Below the pieces are notes generated by a model, which did not search any database, was not told where the DNA came from, and worked only from the letters and a program-made list of their open reading frames with translations. From assembly GCA_907165135.1 (NCBI GenBank), contig OU015569.1, positions 11,718,001 through 11,782,000 on the forward strand: DNA of 64,000 nt, read 5' to 3'. Source of the stretch: Oikopleura dioica (lineage: Eukaryota; Animalia; Chordata). Of this stretch, positions 33,284-47,084 are shown in pieces; position 1 is the stretch's first letter; every line of letters starts with the position of its first letter. The position numbers were made by a program, and so were the translations under genes.

Positions 33284-36200
33284 TTAAGTTTTCAGAGAAG
33301 TATCTGAAAAAAAATAAAACTCGGGATATCTAACCCTAACCCTAACCTGGATGCCTTCGACCTTATGAGTTTTGAGCCGATTTTCGAACTTATTTTAACG
33401 AGAATGATACCCTTTTATTATTAAATTTTGACGTGACGAGCACTAGAGAGAAGAAAAAACCTCAATAACTTTGAATTTTATTGAGTAAGTAAGTTCCCCT
33501 ATGACTAGAAAGAACCGCTTACATGATCACTATATTTTCGAAATTGGGAAAGAGGGAGATTAGCATGGCAATTTAATTCAGCTAATATTCAGCTGGAAAA
33601 AGAGATGATTTGAATAATCCGCCGAGGTCTGGTAAGCACGCCAGCACCAGGATTTGAATATCGCAATTCTCTCTCCTCAATTTTCTTCTTTTCCGCTCGA
33701 GTTGAACCCTGAGCGACGTGCAAAATGTGCCGGCTCTAGTTCTCTTGAACTCACCTCCTTGAAGCCGCTCTTTTTAGCTCATATAGCACACTGAACTCAA
33801 CTTGGCCAGACACTTGTTTAGTCTTCCTTGTCTTCAACTGAAAGGTTCATCTATTTCAAAGAAAAACAAACTCTTGAGCAGCCGCCAGGCATCATCGGCC
33901 TTTTCTTCATAACTTATGAATCATAAGCAAGCGACACCCTTATTTAATTTCTTCAAAGAAAAGTTTGAACCAGAATTTTCGGCCAGAAAATGAAGTTCGG
34001 AAAAGATTTTTCGCAAAATTTTCTTTGAAAATCGCCATTTTGAAGAAGTTCTCGAACCCTAACCCTAACCTTAATACTATTACTTATTATTTATGAGGGC
34101 CTAATAAGCTCTTAAGAAAATGACATCAAATAGTAAAAAATGGCAGCTGATTAATTTTGAGAAATTTGAAATCTCTTCTATGTCTTCAAAGCGAAAATTA
34201 GACTATTTCCTAGACTACGAGCGACTAAAAGCTGCAGGCCAACTTCGAAACCAAATCGTCGAAAAGATCAGGAGCAGATTCTGTGCTCCTGTCAAAACTA
34301 CAGGAAGGGAACTGAAGAAACGCCATATCTATTGATCTGAAAAAAACATTGAGCTTCTCAAAATTGGGAAGAGGAGTATTCATAAACTCTTTCCCACGAC
34401 GACGGCGTAGTATAAAAACCTCGTGATCGCCATTTAGTACTTTTCATTAGTTATTAAAGGCCTCCATTTTTCATTTTTTTTTTCACTTTCAGTTTTGATG
34501 ATTTCCTGAAAACAGGGCATGGCGATAAGCAATTGCGCTTTGGGGACATTGTTGAAATCAAGAACGACGCATTCGAGAGCACGGTTGCAGTTCACACTGA
34601 TAACGACATAAGTTGGACAGGTATGACTGGGATTAAGGGTCTCAAGGGCAAAAAAACTCTGATTTCGTCCAGCATTTTTTTAACCCTAACCCTAACCATA
34701 GCGTCCTCGATTGTCGAGGAAATAAGAAATTTTCAGTTTCTGCTTGCTCAAAATCGGTACCGTCGAAAAGAACATGTTACCGGGTGGTCCCATGCGCTGA
34801 ATCATCGGAAGATTCTACCGGAAAATCAGTATTTTACGGGCAGCCTTTTTCTTTACAGGTTAGTTAACTTTTTAACTAATCCCTAATTTGTTCTTTTTAG
34901 AGCTGTGTGGAGCCGGGCTGGTTCCTAGCCTCGGACAGTATCGAGAAATTACAGTCACTGAGCAACATCGCTTACGGAAGGAAAGGCATTTGATAAAGAC
35001 ATAAATGAAATATTGAGTGGTTGAGTTTTGAGATCGTTTCGAAATGGATTTAGTGGATAAAAGTAGCAGTAAAGCTTTGGCAAACGGTGTTCTGCCAGAA
35101 TAGTTCGATTTTCGCAATTCGGCTAACATAAAATACTCGCGGAGGACAGTTTTTATGCTTTGCCGTTCTTAAAATGCTTTTAAAGAAATCGAGTTTTCCT
35201 GCTCAAGTCTCAGTCCAAGGTGAATTCAATCAATCTAATCAAGAGCCAAATTTTTATATTATTCTCCCGAGGGGTTAGAGTTAGGGTTAGGAATCTTAAC
35301 TTTGGATTATAGAAGAAGAATTCTAGGGTTTGGGTGAGGGCCAAAAATGAGGGGCAGAAGCAAGAAAAAGAAGTGATTTTCTGGATCTAGGTTTTGATTG
35401 GCCAGGAGGCCAAATACGGCAAGCTTATTGGTCTTTCAAAAACGCACTTCTTTTTCTTGGATTGTGCCCTAATTAGGGGGCTCTACTAGTTCGTTTTTCA
35501 CCAAAAGTCAACTTTTTTCCGAGCTTTCGAAATTGCATCATCGTAAAATAATTAATTCCAAAATTTGAGAAAACTACCACTTTTTTTGCCTTCTATGCGC
35601 TAACCAGTTAATATCTTAACCCAACAATAATTACAGTAATTGCCAGTTGATCATCAATCAGATCGGTGAATACGGTAGTTTCAAGTCTAGTTGACAAGTA
35701 GAAAATAGAACCGGCTTTTACGACGATTAATTCTGATTTTTTACCGTAGGTTAGTTAGATGCGCCGTTGTGAAAGGATCGTGTAAGAGGGGGAGAATGAA
35801 GATTCATTTCGAAAATCTACGAAATTGAAACAATTCAATTTTAGGCAACAATGTGGAGCGTGACTGCTTGGGATCCACGGACGCGGCCGGAGTTTGAGGA
35901 CACGCCAGTTTTGCAGGAACTGTTTACTGAAGATGAATAGGCGGCTCTAGCTTCTTTTTTCAAAAAGGGAAAATGACGCAAATGATTGGGTTATTTTTAG
36001 CATTCTAGCGTTTTTAATCGATTCACAGCTCGTGAATCACGGGTCTTAATTTCCCCTCATCATCATCGTTAGTAATGATTCTTAACTCCTTCGCAGATAT
36101 CAGCAAATTTGTTGGCAGATAAACTTTGATAGAGCACCCTTAGAAAACGCTGCCAACAAATCGGTCGATGTGCGCGAAGGGGTTAAGCGGAAACACATCC

Positions 36201-39200
36201 TTAATAAGCGTCTCAATAAGATAGATCCTTAAGAAAACCGTGATTGACACCCGCTTTAATTAAGACCGTATCTAATCATCTTTCGTAAACGGCTCGGCAG
36301 AACACCACCAGCGTCTTGGTCCACCACAGTACCGGCCAAGTAAAAGCATCAACTTTTCCCCGTTTCGGTAAATTTCCATTTCAAGGCGCTGTGCTGCGAG
36401 GACTCGTCCAAAGTCGGCTTCTTCGGACGTGAGAAGGAAGTCTGCTGCTCGACACGGCTCACTCCCTTCAGATTCAACTCAGCTAGGGGTTGACGAAATT
36501 TGCGTTTTTGACATTTTGGATTGTTGAAATTTTGAAACTTGAAAATGAACCCCGAAAAACAGAAGCAAATGCGTTTTCTCTCGTCGCTGAAAATTTAAAT
36601 GAAGAATCAAATTCTGAAAAAGCTCTAGAATAAATCTTTATAAACCAGCTTCAATCGTTGTTGTCAAGACTTGGCAATCTATGTGGAAATCTTTAGTAAG
36701 GATTTTGAAAAGTTACGCACTTTTTGTTTGAGCTCTTCAAGACTCTGACTCGGGCTCTCAACGAAAATAAGGGCGTCACTCAACACTGGGAAACGCAAGC
36801 CCTGACCTGTGAAGAACGCCTGAGTCAGGGTCAAGAAGAGACCCTTCAAGACCTAGACTCAGGCTTTCTTCACAGGTCAGAGCTCTCTTTTCCCGGTTTT
36901 GAGCGACGCCCTTATTCTCTTTGAATTACCTGTGTGATTGTTTTCTCACCCATACAGTCAGCTTTTCCTTTCCCTTTTTGCCTTATGAAAGCAGAAAAAC
37001 TTCTCAACTGCGCATTGACTTTTTCCTTTCAAACCGTTTTGAGCAGATTCTCCTCCTTTTCTGCTGAAAAATCTGAAAAGAAATCAAAGAGAAATTAGAA
37101 TTTTTCTTTCGGTTGATTAAAAAGAATAGTGTTACTTTGTTGACAAAGACAGATATTCTCCTAGAATGACCATGAACCATTTTTACGAACCCGTCGTCGC
37201 TTTCTGAGTAATTTCGTCTGCCATACTTGGTCTTGCCGATCCAGTCTTGTATCCAAAAATAGGTTCAACATCAACACTTCTTTTTGACATTCTTTGACAC
37301 GCTGGATTCTGACTGACGTTTTCCGTCAATGACGGCAACAAAAAACCTCCTTTAAAAGCGATGCTTTCCATGTTTTTAGAATCACTCAAGTTCAAAAAGA
37401 AGAATCTCCAAAGATTTCGAGAGAAATTCGTTATCAAAATAAATTCGTAAACCAACAACAAAAATAATCAAAAAGAGTGATCCTGGGAAAGTAATCCTAG
37501 TCCTGCTCAGATTCTCCTGCTTTGGCACTGTCTCTCAGACTGCAAGCGAGCACAAAATTTTCGTTAAAATCCTAGTCATACAACAAGGCCCGCGGTCGCA
37601 AATCGCTGAAGAGGGTGACTTGAGTTGACCGAACTTCAACTCGCCATCACGATCGTTCCTCGCTTTTCTTTTTTCTAGCACTTGAACTAGAGCTTCGAAC
37701 TTCGAACTTCGAACATCAAGGGAAAGAAAATTGAATTATCTGCAAAACAAGAGACTGTACATTTTACAGTGGCGCGAGAGAGATTTTGAAAAAGAAAAAG
37801 GACTTGAAAGAAGAAACGTCTTTTTTTTCAACCTGGAAGTTCTATTTTGAGAAGCAGGAAAGGATTGAGCCAGATTTTATTAATACTAATAATAGTATTG
37901 TCTTCCTTGATTTCCAGCTGATTGCGCGTGACCCTCTATTTTTAGAACGAAATATAGATAGAAGAATAATAGAATTCATAAGTGACTTCTTTCCTTATAT
38001 ACATGCAATTATGTTAAAATCACTTAGCTACGAGCAGTAGAGCTTTAATTCCTGGTTTCGAAAGTGGAACATCTCAAAACCGGCTGCTATGTCGCAAATA
38101 GTAAATTCTTTAATTTGGCCACTCCTAGCCGAGAAAGAGACGTAGAAGAATGGCTTCAGAAAGAGTTTGATAGAACTAGAGAGAAAGTGTGCTCGTGCGG
38201 CTGCAGAGGCAGAAAGAACTGACATTGACGTTGATCCGGGTTCTCGGGTGCTCGATCTCGCTCTTGCTCGAGCTCTATAAGCGGCGCTACTGCGCAATCG
38301 CTCCTGATTCTGTAAGCTATAAATACTGGATTTCTCCTCCTTTGACCGTCACGAGCAGCACTTCGAAGCAAGTGGAAGATCGGATCTCTACGGTCAGGAT
38401 TTCCCAACAAGAAAAAGTTGCATCATCGCTTTAATTTCAACTTTGTTGAGCAACCGCGGGGTGTGGTGTAAGTATAACATTACAATTGGCCAATCCTTTT
38501 CCACAGTCGCCTTCAAACAAATCTTCATTCTACCAATTTTTCAAAAAAGAAAAAGAGGATGGGAGGAGCGAGGAGCTTTTTCTCCTGCCGATTTTCCTTG
38601 TTGTCGCCAAAGCCGGGAAGCCGAGACTTGTACTCAAGCTCACCGACAGCAGCTGCATGAAGGGAAACTCCACTGCCTATGGGCTCAGACGGGGAGAGTA
38701 CCTCGCCCTCACAAGCATCGACGAACCGCGGAAATTCCACCGAAAGTACGTCTTTCCATTTGCAGACAAAACGACGATGAGATTCTTACAACCCCATTCC
38801 ATCAAATATCCGTAAGTAGCGATAGTCTCCAGAAACTATACGAGTTTTTTTTCAGCAATGGGAGAAGTAGAATGATCGACATTGAAGGAATAAAAGATGT
38901 ATTCGAGAAGGGAATATCTTTAAATGATAACAAACAAATTTTCAAGTTCGAATTCGCCATTGATAATTCGTAAGACTACTATTTATATAATATAAAAAGT
39001 ATATAATATAAATTATATTCAGAGTTACTAATGCGCCTTTTTTTAGAAGAAAAAAGACATATTATTTTGACTGGGCGCAAGCTGAAATCAAGTACAACGA
39101 CGACAATACGGTCGTGAAAAAACCCGTGAAATCCGACTGCCCTCCTCCTTTATTGATGAACGAAGATTGCAAGTGTGTTTGTCCAAAGGGATATGTGAGC

Positions 39201-39900
39201 AAAGAGTGCGCGAAATTGGACAAGTAAACCCAAAAGTGATAAAAAAAGGCGGCGCTAAAATTGCGTCCCGATCAACTGATTTCTCTTTGAATTTCTCTTT
39301 TTCATTATCTTTTTTTAGCATTTTTTTACTCTTTTACGATAAAGGCAAAAAGCAATAATTTTCCAGCTGCAATAATCTACCATTTGCTCTTCTTCTTTTT
39401 CGCTTTTAAAATGCCCCTAGTATCAGATCAGAATTTTCAACCTCGCTTCAATCTCATCACCTTCTTTAGCCCCTTTTGGGCAAACATCAATGTTCAATTT
39501 CAATTATCAGCTTCCATGTTCACGCTTTCTTTGGGAAGCTTTTTTTCTGTAGATAGCTTTGAGCAGATACCTTCTGTCGACCCTCCTTTTCACGAAATGA
39601 GCCATAACGAAAAACTCTGTTTTCGCCAGATCGTCAGCTTCGAAACTGTCGATCGAAACTAGTCACTACGCTATGCCCAGTTAAGTAAGTTAAGTTCAAC
39701 TAACTACTCAAACTCGAGTCTCTTTTCTTCCAATTTCGATGTTCTAGTCTTAATCTTTCTCTTCTATCACTATATATTATTTATTTCAGCGACGAGTTTA
39801 AATAAAGATATCGATAGACTTTATTTCACCAGAATAAGACCCTGCCAGTGTTTTGTAAATAAGCTTCGCCAAATTTAAAATTCATTTTTTTCTCATGTTT

Positions 39901-41430
39901 CTAGCATTTCAACTCGTTGAATCGTCTCGCTGTCTTCCAGCAGTTCTTTCTCCAGCCGTAGGTCAATGCTTCTTTTCCGTTAGAGCATGCAACAGTCCAC
40001 TCGTATGTGCTTTCTAGAATAAACAAACAATAAATTATCAATCAGTATTCGTCTCTCTTTTTTACCAGAATCGCCGGTGCACGAAACTTGCATTCCGTCT
40101 TGGGAGAATCGGTTGAAAGCGTAGTCGCACAGCTTCAAGCATCCTGATGGATTCTTCTTTGTTGTTGTTGTCGTTGTTGGCGCTTCGGTCGTTGATGTTG
40201 TTGTAGTGGTTGTGGAAGTGGTAGAAGCAGTAGTAGTGGTAGTAGTTGGCGTGGAAGTTGTTGTCGATGTCGTTGTGGATGTTGTAGTTGTTGATGTCGA
40301 TGTTGTTGATGATGCCGTTGTTGTAGTTGTCGTTGTGGAAGTTGTCGTTGTTGTTGGCTTCTCGCACATTCCACTAGCCTTCTTTTTCAACAGCTTTTTG
40401 ATTTTCTGAAGCTTTTAAACGGTCTACTTTGATACTATAACACGACTAGTAGATAACCCTAACCCTAACCCTAACCCATTCTCTCTCTTTCCATATTCCT
40501 AGCCTAAATAGGCCAAGATTGTATAATAACGCCGAAAAACATCGAAGATGATAGGCGTGACTTTCTTTTTTTTTTGTTTCAGGCTATCATATGTGAATAT
40601 TATGACTAAAATAGTCTTAAATGAAGATGAGACATGTGCGCGCTGTATATAACATATTCCTTGGAATTTGAATCGGCATGTAGTTTCCCACGGTCTCACT
40701 TTTCCCTTCAAAATCGACCGTTCCTTACAAGATTTTTTGTAGACGTATTTCTTTTCTTTCTTCTTGTCGTACTCGCCGTTTTCATTCACATCGCAGTAAA
40801 AGATCAGCTTGCCGTCTTCTTCAAAGTAGCTTCCGCCCGGACCCATAACGTCCAAGAACTTTTCCGGCACTTCGCAGCGTGGCCCCGCCACCTCGCTGCA
40901 GCTGAAATCGACCTTGTTTGCCAAGTCGTACTCGTATCCGTCTTTTCCGCATTTTTTCTGAAGAAAGAAATCTTAGAGTCCCTCTTCTCAGAAGCTGTCT
41001 CTTACGGCGTAGAGGGAGACTTTGACAGATTCTTCATTGACGTCGATTTCGCCGTTTTGATTCAAGTCGCAAAAGACGAAGAATTTTCCGTAGACATCTT
41101 TGTTCACGCAAGAAGATCTCAGAAGATCATATCTGTTATCTGGAAAGAAAGGGTTGAAGTAAGAATCCCGGCAAAATAAGGGTATCAATGGATAATCGTG
41201 AAAAAAATCAACCCTTCCCTGGAAAAAGGCCTTGAAGAGCAATGGTCGAGTTTTTCAGCGTTTCTTGGCAAGCATCGCAGGGAGGGAGAGCTTCAGTCGT
41301 TGTCTCTGGTGCATCGGTGGACTCTTCCGTCGTCGCTGGCAGCTCCGTTGGTGGCTCATCTGTTACTGGCGGACCTGTTGCTGCTTAATGTTTTAGAATC
41401 TCTGCGAATAAAAAACGAAGGAAAATAAAT
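39901..41430 (-). CDS. Mucin-like protein with Thr-rich stalks and repeated Cys modules; N-terminus not resolved
   Basis: Exons join in frame: PT/ET-rich segment, FCDLNQNGEID and YCDVNENGEYD modules, an about 60-residue Thr/Ser tract, and C-terminus ...RRFNELKC*. Confidence 0.65.
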
Positions 41431-42092
41431 AAAATAATTGCCAATTAAAAAATAAAAAAAAACCAGCGCGTGCGTGAGCGATCTGAAAGAAACATCGGCC
41501 AGGCACGCGGCTGAAAATAAATCAGAACAGAACAAAATTTCAATAAAAGCGCGGCTTTGTGCTTCTCTGAGAGAAAAAGCAAAAGTGAATTCGATTTCAC
41601 TCGTTTGCGTCTTATCGTGGAAACTGAAGACGAGCACGGGCGTTACGGGATTATCGGATCATTCCTGAATTTCAGGTTCTTCCTTCTTCCTCTTCAATCT
41701 AGCTAGGAAACAAAAGATAGAGATGCGTTTTCTTGCTTTTTTGTGAATTCTCAAACGTATTCATTGTAAACCTCATCGTTTTCTGACAAGGTCTTTTTAT
41801 AAACAATAAAAAAAAGCGATTATAAATAACGAAGAAAAATCTGAAAATCATTCGGACTCGTAAGAATCTTTCACGTTAAAGTTAAAGCTACAGAAATTTT
41901 GAATGAGGGTTGAAATTCAGTAGGTATAATATACGCTGTCATTGCTAATATAAGGCATTTTCATCATCAATTCTGGAGCTGGACACAACCTGTGAGGAAA
42001 GCCTGACAGGTTACCTGAGTCAGGCTTTGATAGAGCACAGTTTATTTACAGTTTTTTTTTATTAAAATAAATATTTTACAAAAAAATAAGAT

Positions 42093-43227
42093 TTATTCTT
42101 TTCTCGTGATGTAGATGACGATCGCTACAAGCATTGCTGCAGCCAAAGCGAGGTGACAATTCTTAACATGATAAGATTGATAAATGTTATAGCAAAGTTC
42201 TCAATATTTAAACTGAGTAAAATTCACTTACTTGTCCAAATCTAAATCTTTGAATATGTCGTTGTCTTTCTTCCTCCTCCCTGCGTTCTGAATAAAATAT
42301 TTTACGAATATTTGAGAATACGAATTCTAAAGGAATACACGCAAAAAATGACCCAAAACTTCTCAAATTTTTGACTTAATTTTCAACTTGCAAAAAACTT
42401 TAATTTTAACACTTGACCGCATATTGCGCAGATTTCTACGCAGAGCACCTTCGAAGCTCGATAACTCAAACTTTACTTTATCAAAATTTAAAATGAACTC
42501 CCACTTTTCGGGCTCTTTTTTGATGAAGAATCCAAATCTGAAATCAAAAAAAATCTTTGGCCTCAGGATAAAATTTTGGCTTCAGAGGGAAAATTTCCGT
42601 CCTTTACAAATTCTCGATATTTTTTTTTTACAAACTGATTTTTTTTTTGACGAAATCAGTTAATTTTTCATAGTTTAATTATATTTTTAATTTTAATTGT
42701 TAGAATAATACCTTCATCTGTAAAAGAGTCGATAAAACTTGAGAAAATGGCATATAGTTCATACTTGAAATCATTTGTTTGAGCTAGGTTCAGGTTAGGG
42801 TTAGGACTCAAAACTATCTTTTTCTAGTTGCCAAGCGTCTCAGCATTAATCTGGTATATTCATTGGTCTCTTATCTTTTAATGAGTCGACGCTAGAACCC
42901 TTCAAAGGCGCTGCGCAATATGTGTTCAGCGAAACTTTACAAACGTGCGTACAAGCGTTAAAGCAATTTAGAAACTCTAGCCTTACCTTGGTATTCACGA
43001 AGAATTACATTAATTGAATCTACGAGAGTTGTTTCGATTAGACTTTCGATGGCCTTGTCCTGCTCAATATCACGTTGAATATCAGTTCTTTGGTTGTCGA
43101 GAACTGCAAAAGAACATATGGAGATCTGGCTTCCAAAGCTGCGAATAGTCATGGGTCGATCGGGGATTTCTTCTTCAGTTGTTTCTTCTTCTTTGTTTTG
43201 CTTAAAACTTCTTTTCAGAAATCGCAT
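42093..43227 (-). CDS. Small tail-anchored membrane protein candidate
   Basis: First exon MRFLKRSFK...REYQ with a GTAAG donor; last exon LALAAAMLVAIVIYITRKE* gives a C-terminal TM. Confidence 0.45.
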
Positions 43228-43719
43228 TTTTCCTTTAATGGCGCTCTTGCCCCTTAAGGGATCACCCCCCGATTTTTCAAAACTTTGGCACCGGTCATTA
43301 TCGCCTATGATTAGATTCCTCGTTTTCTGAGGATCATTTTGATATATTATAGTACCCCTTTACATAAATGCATCCCCGAAATTTTGGCTCCCAAAGATCG
43401 GGAAAATGCATGTAAATTGTACTTAGCGTGAAAATCGCAATTTTTTTCGATTTTTCATTGTCATCGAAATAAGACAAACAAGGGGTCATTCGAAAGCTTA
43501 GAATGCGAAGATTACGAATATAATAACCGCACTAGAATTTTCGGCCAATTGTTGAAGAACAATTAAAAATAGAAATTGCTTATGAACAATTTACAACTAC
43601 CAAACAAAACCCCTTCCAAAGATATTTATTACATAAAGCAAACAAGATATAGTGGGAAAAACCAGCTGTTTTGCATAGGGTCTTTAATTTCCATTCTCTT
43701 CCTTGATTTTTTCAAAAAA

Positions 43720-44983
43720 ATGAAGCTTTCTTTATCCATTTTACTTGCCTAGAGTTCTGCTCAATGCCCTGACGAGAGTCTAGGAGACCTTTGCTTCGAG
43801 AGTTGCGCTGATACGAAGGAAGGGTGCGTTTACAAGTGCGACGATGCCGACTACACTTGCGAAACGCGGTGTTTGGCGATAGAAACCGAGTGTAGAATCG
43901 CCTGTCCTTGCAGCAGTGGCTGCCCTAGCGGTTGTTCTGGCTGCTCTAGCGAGTTCTGCGGAAACGGAAACTTGTTGATTATGGACGACAACTGGAAAGA
44001 AAGACGCGTCGGGTACAATTTAAACATGGCTACAAACAGTATTCAAGTGGCAAATGTCAACTACGAGTAAGTCCCTCTCAATCAATGATTTCTCAGTCCA
44101 ATTAACAGGCATCCCGTTGATTTCTCTATGGAAGATACATGCACAGTCGTCTTTCACGGAAAAACTCATTTCTTCGGTGGATTCCGGAATCCGCGCCGAT
44201 TCGCGACCCTTCAAAACTGTCGAGTTGTTCCGAACTCTTACGGCCTCAGATATCCCCACATTGATGGAATCTACGGCTCTTGCGCAGGTTAAGACTCAAT
44301 CATGATTTTATTCTCAAAAGAAACTTCTAGTGCACGCAAATGCTGTCTTCATGTGTTTTGGTAACGAAAGTGCTCCACTGGCAAATCGATGTCAAATGTG
44401 GAGAGAAGGACAAGAAGGAATGGACGAGCCAACAACAGCAAATGAACACGATTGGGCTGCGATGGTTTCTTTCAACAAAAAATTACTCGTCGTTGGCGGC
44501 TGTTCCAAGAACGGACCTGGCTGCAACGGCGCCGTGGAGACCTACCAGGCAGGAGACTACGATGGCTGGACTAGTCTAACTGCTCATCCAGCGACGGCGG
44601 GTATCTTCGGACACGGATTGACAACTGACGGAGAATCGGTTTTCCTTTTTGGCGGCATGACCAAGTCCCTCGGGGCCGACAGTTACAATCAATCCGTTTG
44701 GCGATTCAGAAACAACACTGTAAGTAGCGATCATTTAGAAAAGACGTAAGGAAACGATCTTTAGTGGTCGGAAATCGGAACACTCCAACAAGTAGCTAGC
44801 GGTGCAGTTGTGTCAACCGCCTTTCAAATGGGTCGATTCGCGTTTTCCGGCGAAATTTACCTTGAAAAATTCAACCTCGTCGGCGACAACGTCCAATCAA
44901 CAAGAATCGACGCTCCTGACACTGATGACATGGAAATGTACTACTCCTCATTTCTGTATACAGACGAACCTATCTGCCTTTGA
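43720..44983 (+). pseudogene. Cys-rich N-terminal plus kelch-like beta-propeller secreted protein, copy 1, with a TAG at codon 11
   Basis: Four exons collinear with 52465-53728; GCC TAG AGT at 43747-43755 where the paralog has GCC TCA AGT. Confidence 0.7.
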
Positions 44984-45542
44984 TTTCAAAAGTGAAGTGA
45001 AGAAATAAAGCTAAGGAAATCATTAAAAGTTTTGCTCGTAAAATGAAACAGCTGCAAAGAATGAACCCAGAAACGGGTCGTTTCGTTAGTTTTTTCTCGT
45101 CTGCTTTTTTACGATCATCGGAGCAGCGCAATCAGCATTTCCGCTTACTTTTTAAAATGTCAAAGTCAAGAGCGCTAGGAGCGTAGAGTCTGTAGACTAG
45201 GGTCCGGCAAGTGGTTTGGGGTGGTCAACTTGAAGCGGTCTTATATATACCCTCGTGATCCCTATGATCTGGGGATTATAAAAATGTATGACTCATCACC
45301 ATACGAGTTGGGAATAGGATTCTAGAGTCATTTGAAGTTCTAAAAAATGAATTTTTTTGTTTTCTCTTTTTGTTAAAGATAAGTGCCCAAGGGGGTTTTA
45401 AGGCACGCAGATTTCAAAAAATATTGTCTCAAAAGCGCCCGAGGGCATTTTTCATTTATATCAGACGAAAAATATATTTTTTTGATTTGGAAAAATGATC
45501 AAAAACTTTCGTTATTTTCAACGCTTTTTAAAAAATTGCGAT

Positions 45543-46557
45543 GGGGCCCGAAGGGCCGTTTCCCCCCCTTCCCTGGCTTTTAATTAAATTTGGGCTTGAC
45601 GGCCCGAAGGGCCGTTTCCCTCCCTTCCCTGGCTTTTAATTAAATTTGGGCTTGACGGCCCGAAGGGCCGTTTCCCCCCCTTCCCTGGCTTTTAATTAAA
45701 TTTGGGCTTGACGGCCCGAAGGGCCGTTTCCCCTTCCCTGGCTTTTAATTAAATTTGGGCTTGACGGCCCGAAGGGCCGTTTCCCCTTCCCTGGCTTTTA
45801 ATTAAATTTGGGCTTGACGGCCCGAAGGGCCGTTTCCCTTGCCTGGCTATTAATTAAATTTGGGCTTGACGGCCCGAAGGGCCGTTTCCCCTTCCCTGGC
45901 TTTTAATTAAATTTGGGCTTGACGGCCCGAAGGGCCGTTTCCCCTTCCCTGGCTTTTAATTAAATTTGGGCTTGACGGCCCGAAGGGCCGTTTCCCCTTC
46001 CTGGCTTTTAATTAAATTTGGGCTTGACGGCCCGAAGGGCCGTTTCCCCTTCCCTGGCTTTTAATTAAATTTGGGCTTGACGGCCCGAAGGGCCGTTTCC
46101 CCTTCCCTGGCTTTTAATTAAATTTGGGCTTGACGGCCCGAAGGGCCGTTTCCCCTTCCCTGGCTTTTAATTAAATTTGGGCTTGACGGCCCGAAGGGCC
46201 GTTTCCCCTTCCCTGGCTTTTAATTAAATTTGGGCTTGACGGCCCGAAGGGCCGTTTCCCCTTCCCTGGCTTTTAATTAAATTTGGGCTTGACGGCCCGA
46301 AGGGCCGTTTCCCTTCCCTGGCTTTTAATTAAATTTGGGCTTGACGGCCCGAAGGGCCGTTTCCCCTTCCCTGGCTTTTAATTAAATTTGGGCTTGACGG
46401 CCCGAAGGGCCGTTTCCCCTTCCCTGGCTTTTAATTAAATTTGGGCTTGACGGCCCGAAGGGCCGTTTCCCCCCCTTCCCTGGCTTTTAATTAAATTTGG
46501 GCTTGACGGCCCGAAGGGCCGTTTCCCCCCCTTCCCTGGCTTTTAATTAAATTTGGG
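45543..46557. repeat. 53-bp hairpin satellite, about 19 units
   Basis: Unit GGGCTTGACGGCCCGAAGGGCCGTTTCCCCTTCCCTGGCTTTTAATTAAATTT. Confidence 0.97.
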
Positions 46558-47084
46558 TATCAGCTCTTTGTTCCCAATATATCGAGCTTTACGTCACTGA
46601 TTCGACTCAACGCGCTCAAAGGTGAAAAAGATCAAGTTCACGTGAGCAATTTATCCGATTTATCTGAACTGAGAAAATCGAGTAAGTTATTTATATTCGA
46701 GTTGGCAGTTGTTTCGCGGCGAAAGGAGAAAATGAAAGGCTCGTTTTCAAATAGGTGTCATTTTTAAAGAGAGGAAGAGTCCTTTTATATTTGGAATAGG
46801 GACCACAGGCTAATTTCAAAGCTCTAATTATGGCACAGGTGCCGAAATTAAATGAGTTAGATACTTTGATTTATTTAAATAATGCCTGCCGCAACTATTT
46901 ATGACACGATCAGCATTGATTCTATCTGGTCAAAAATATCTCTTAAGGATATAGCCGTTCTCAAGGCACTTTCGTAGCGCTAAAAGGGGACGATAAAATT
47001 TTTTCATTTCAAAAGGAACCCTACCTAAAATTGCCTAAGAAACCCGATTCTAGTGTTTTTTTTAATTTTTTTATGGAAAAATTT

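Noticed and set aside
33600-38973. Possible additional small-exon genes (about 33620-33910, 36280-36490, 38189-38973)
   Set aside because: Coding-like patches exist, but I could not fix frame, strand or family with confidence.
39980-40409. Poly-Gln, poly-Asn and poly-Val ORFs
   Set aside because: Alternative frames of the Thr-rich exon; only the Thr frame joins the flanking exons.
41140-41220. A further GA/GG-AG intron in the mucin-like gene
   Set aside because: A canonical in-phase GT donor (AAG G|GTTGAT) lies 6 nt downstream.
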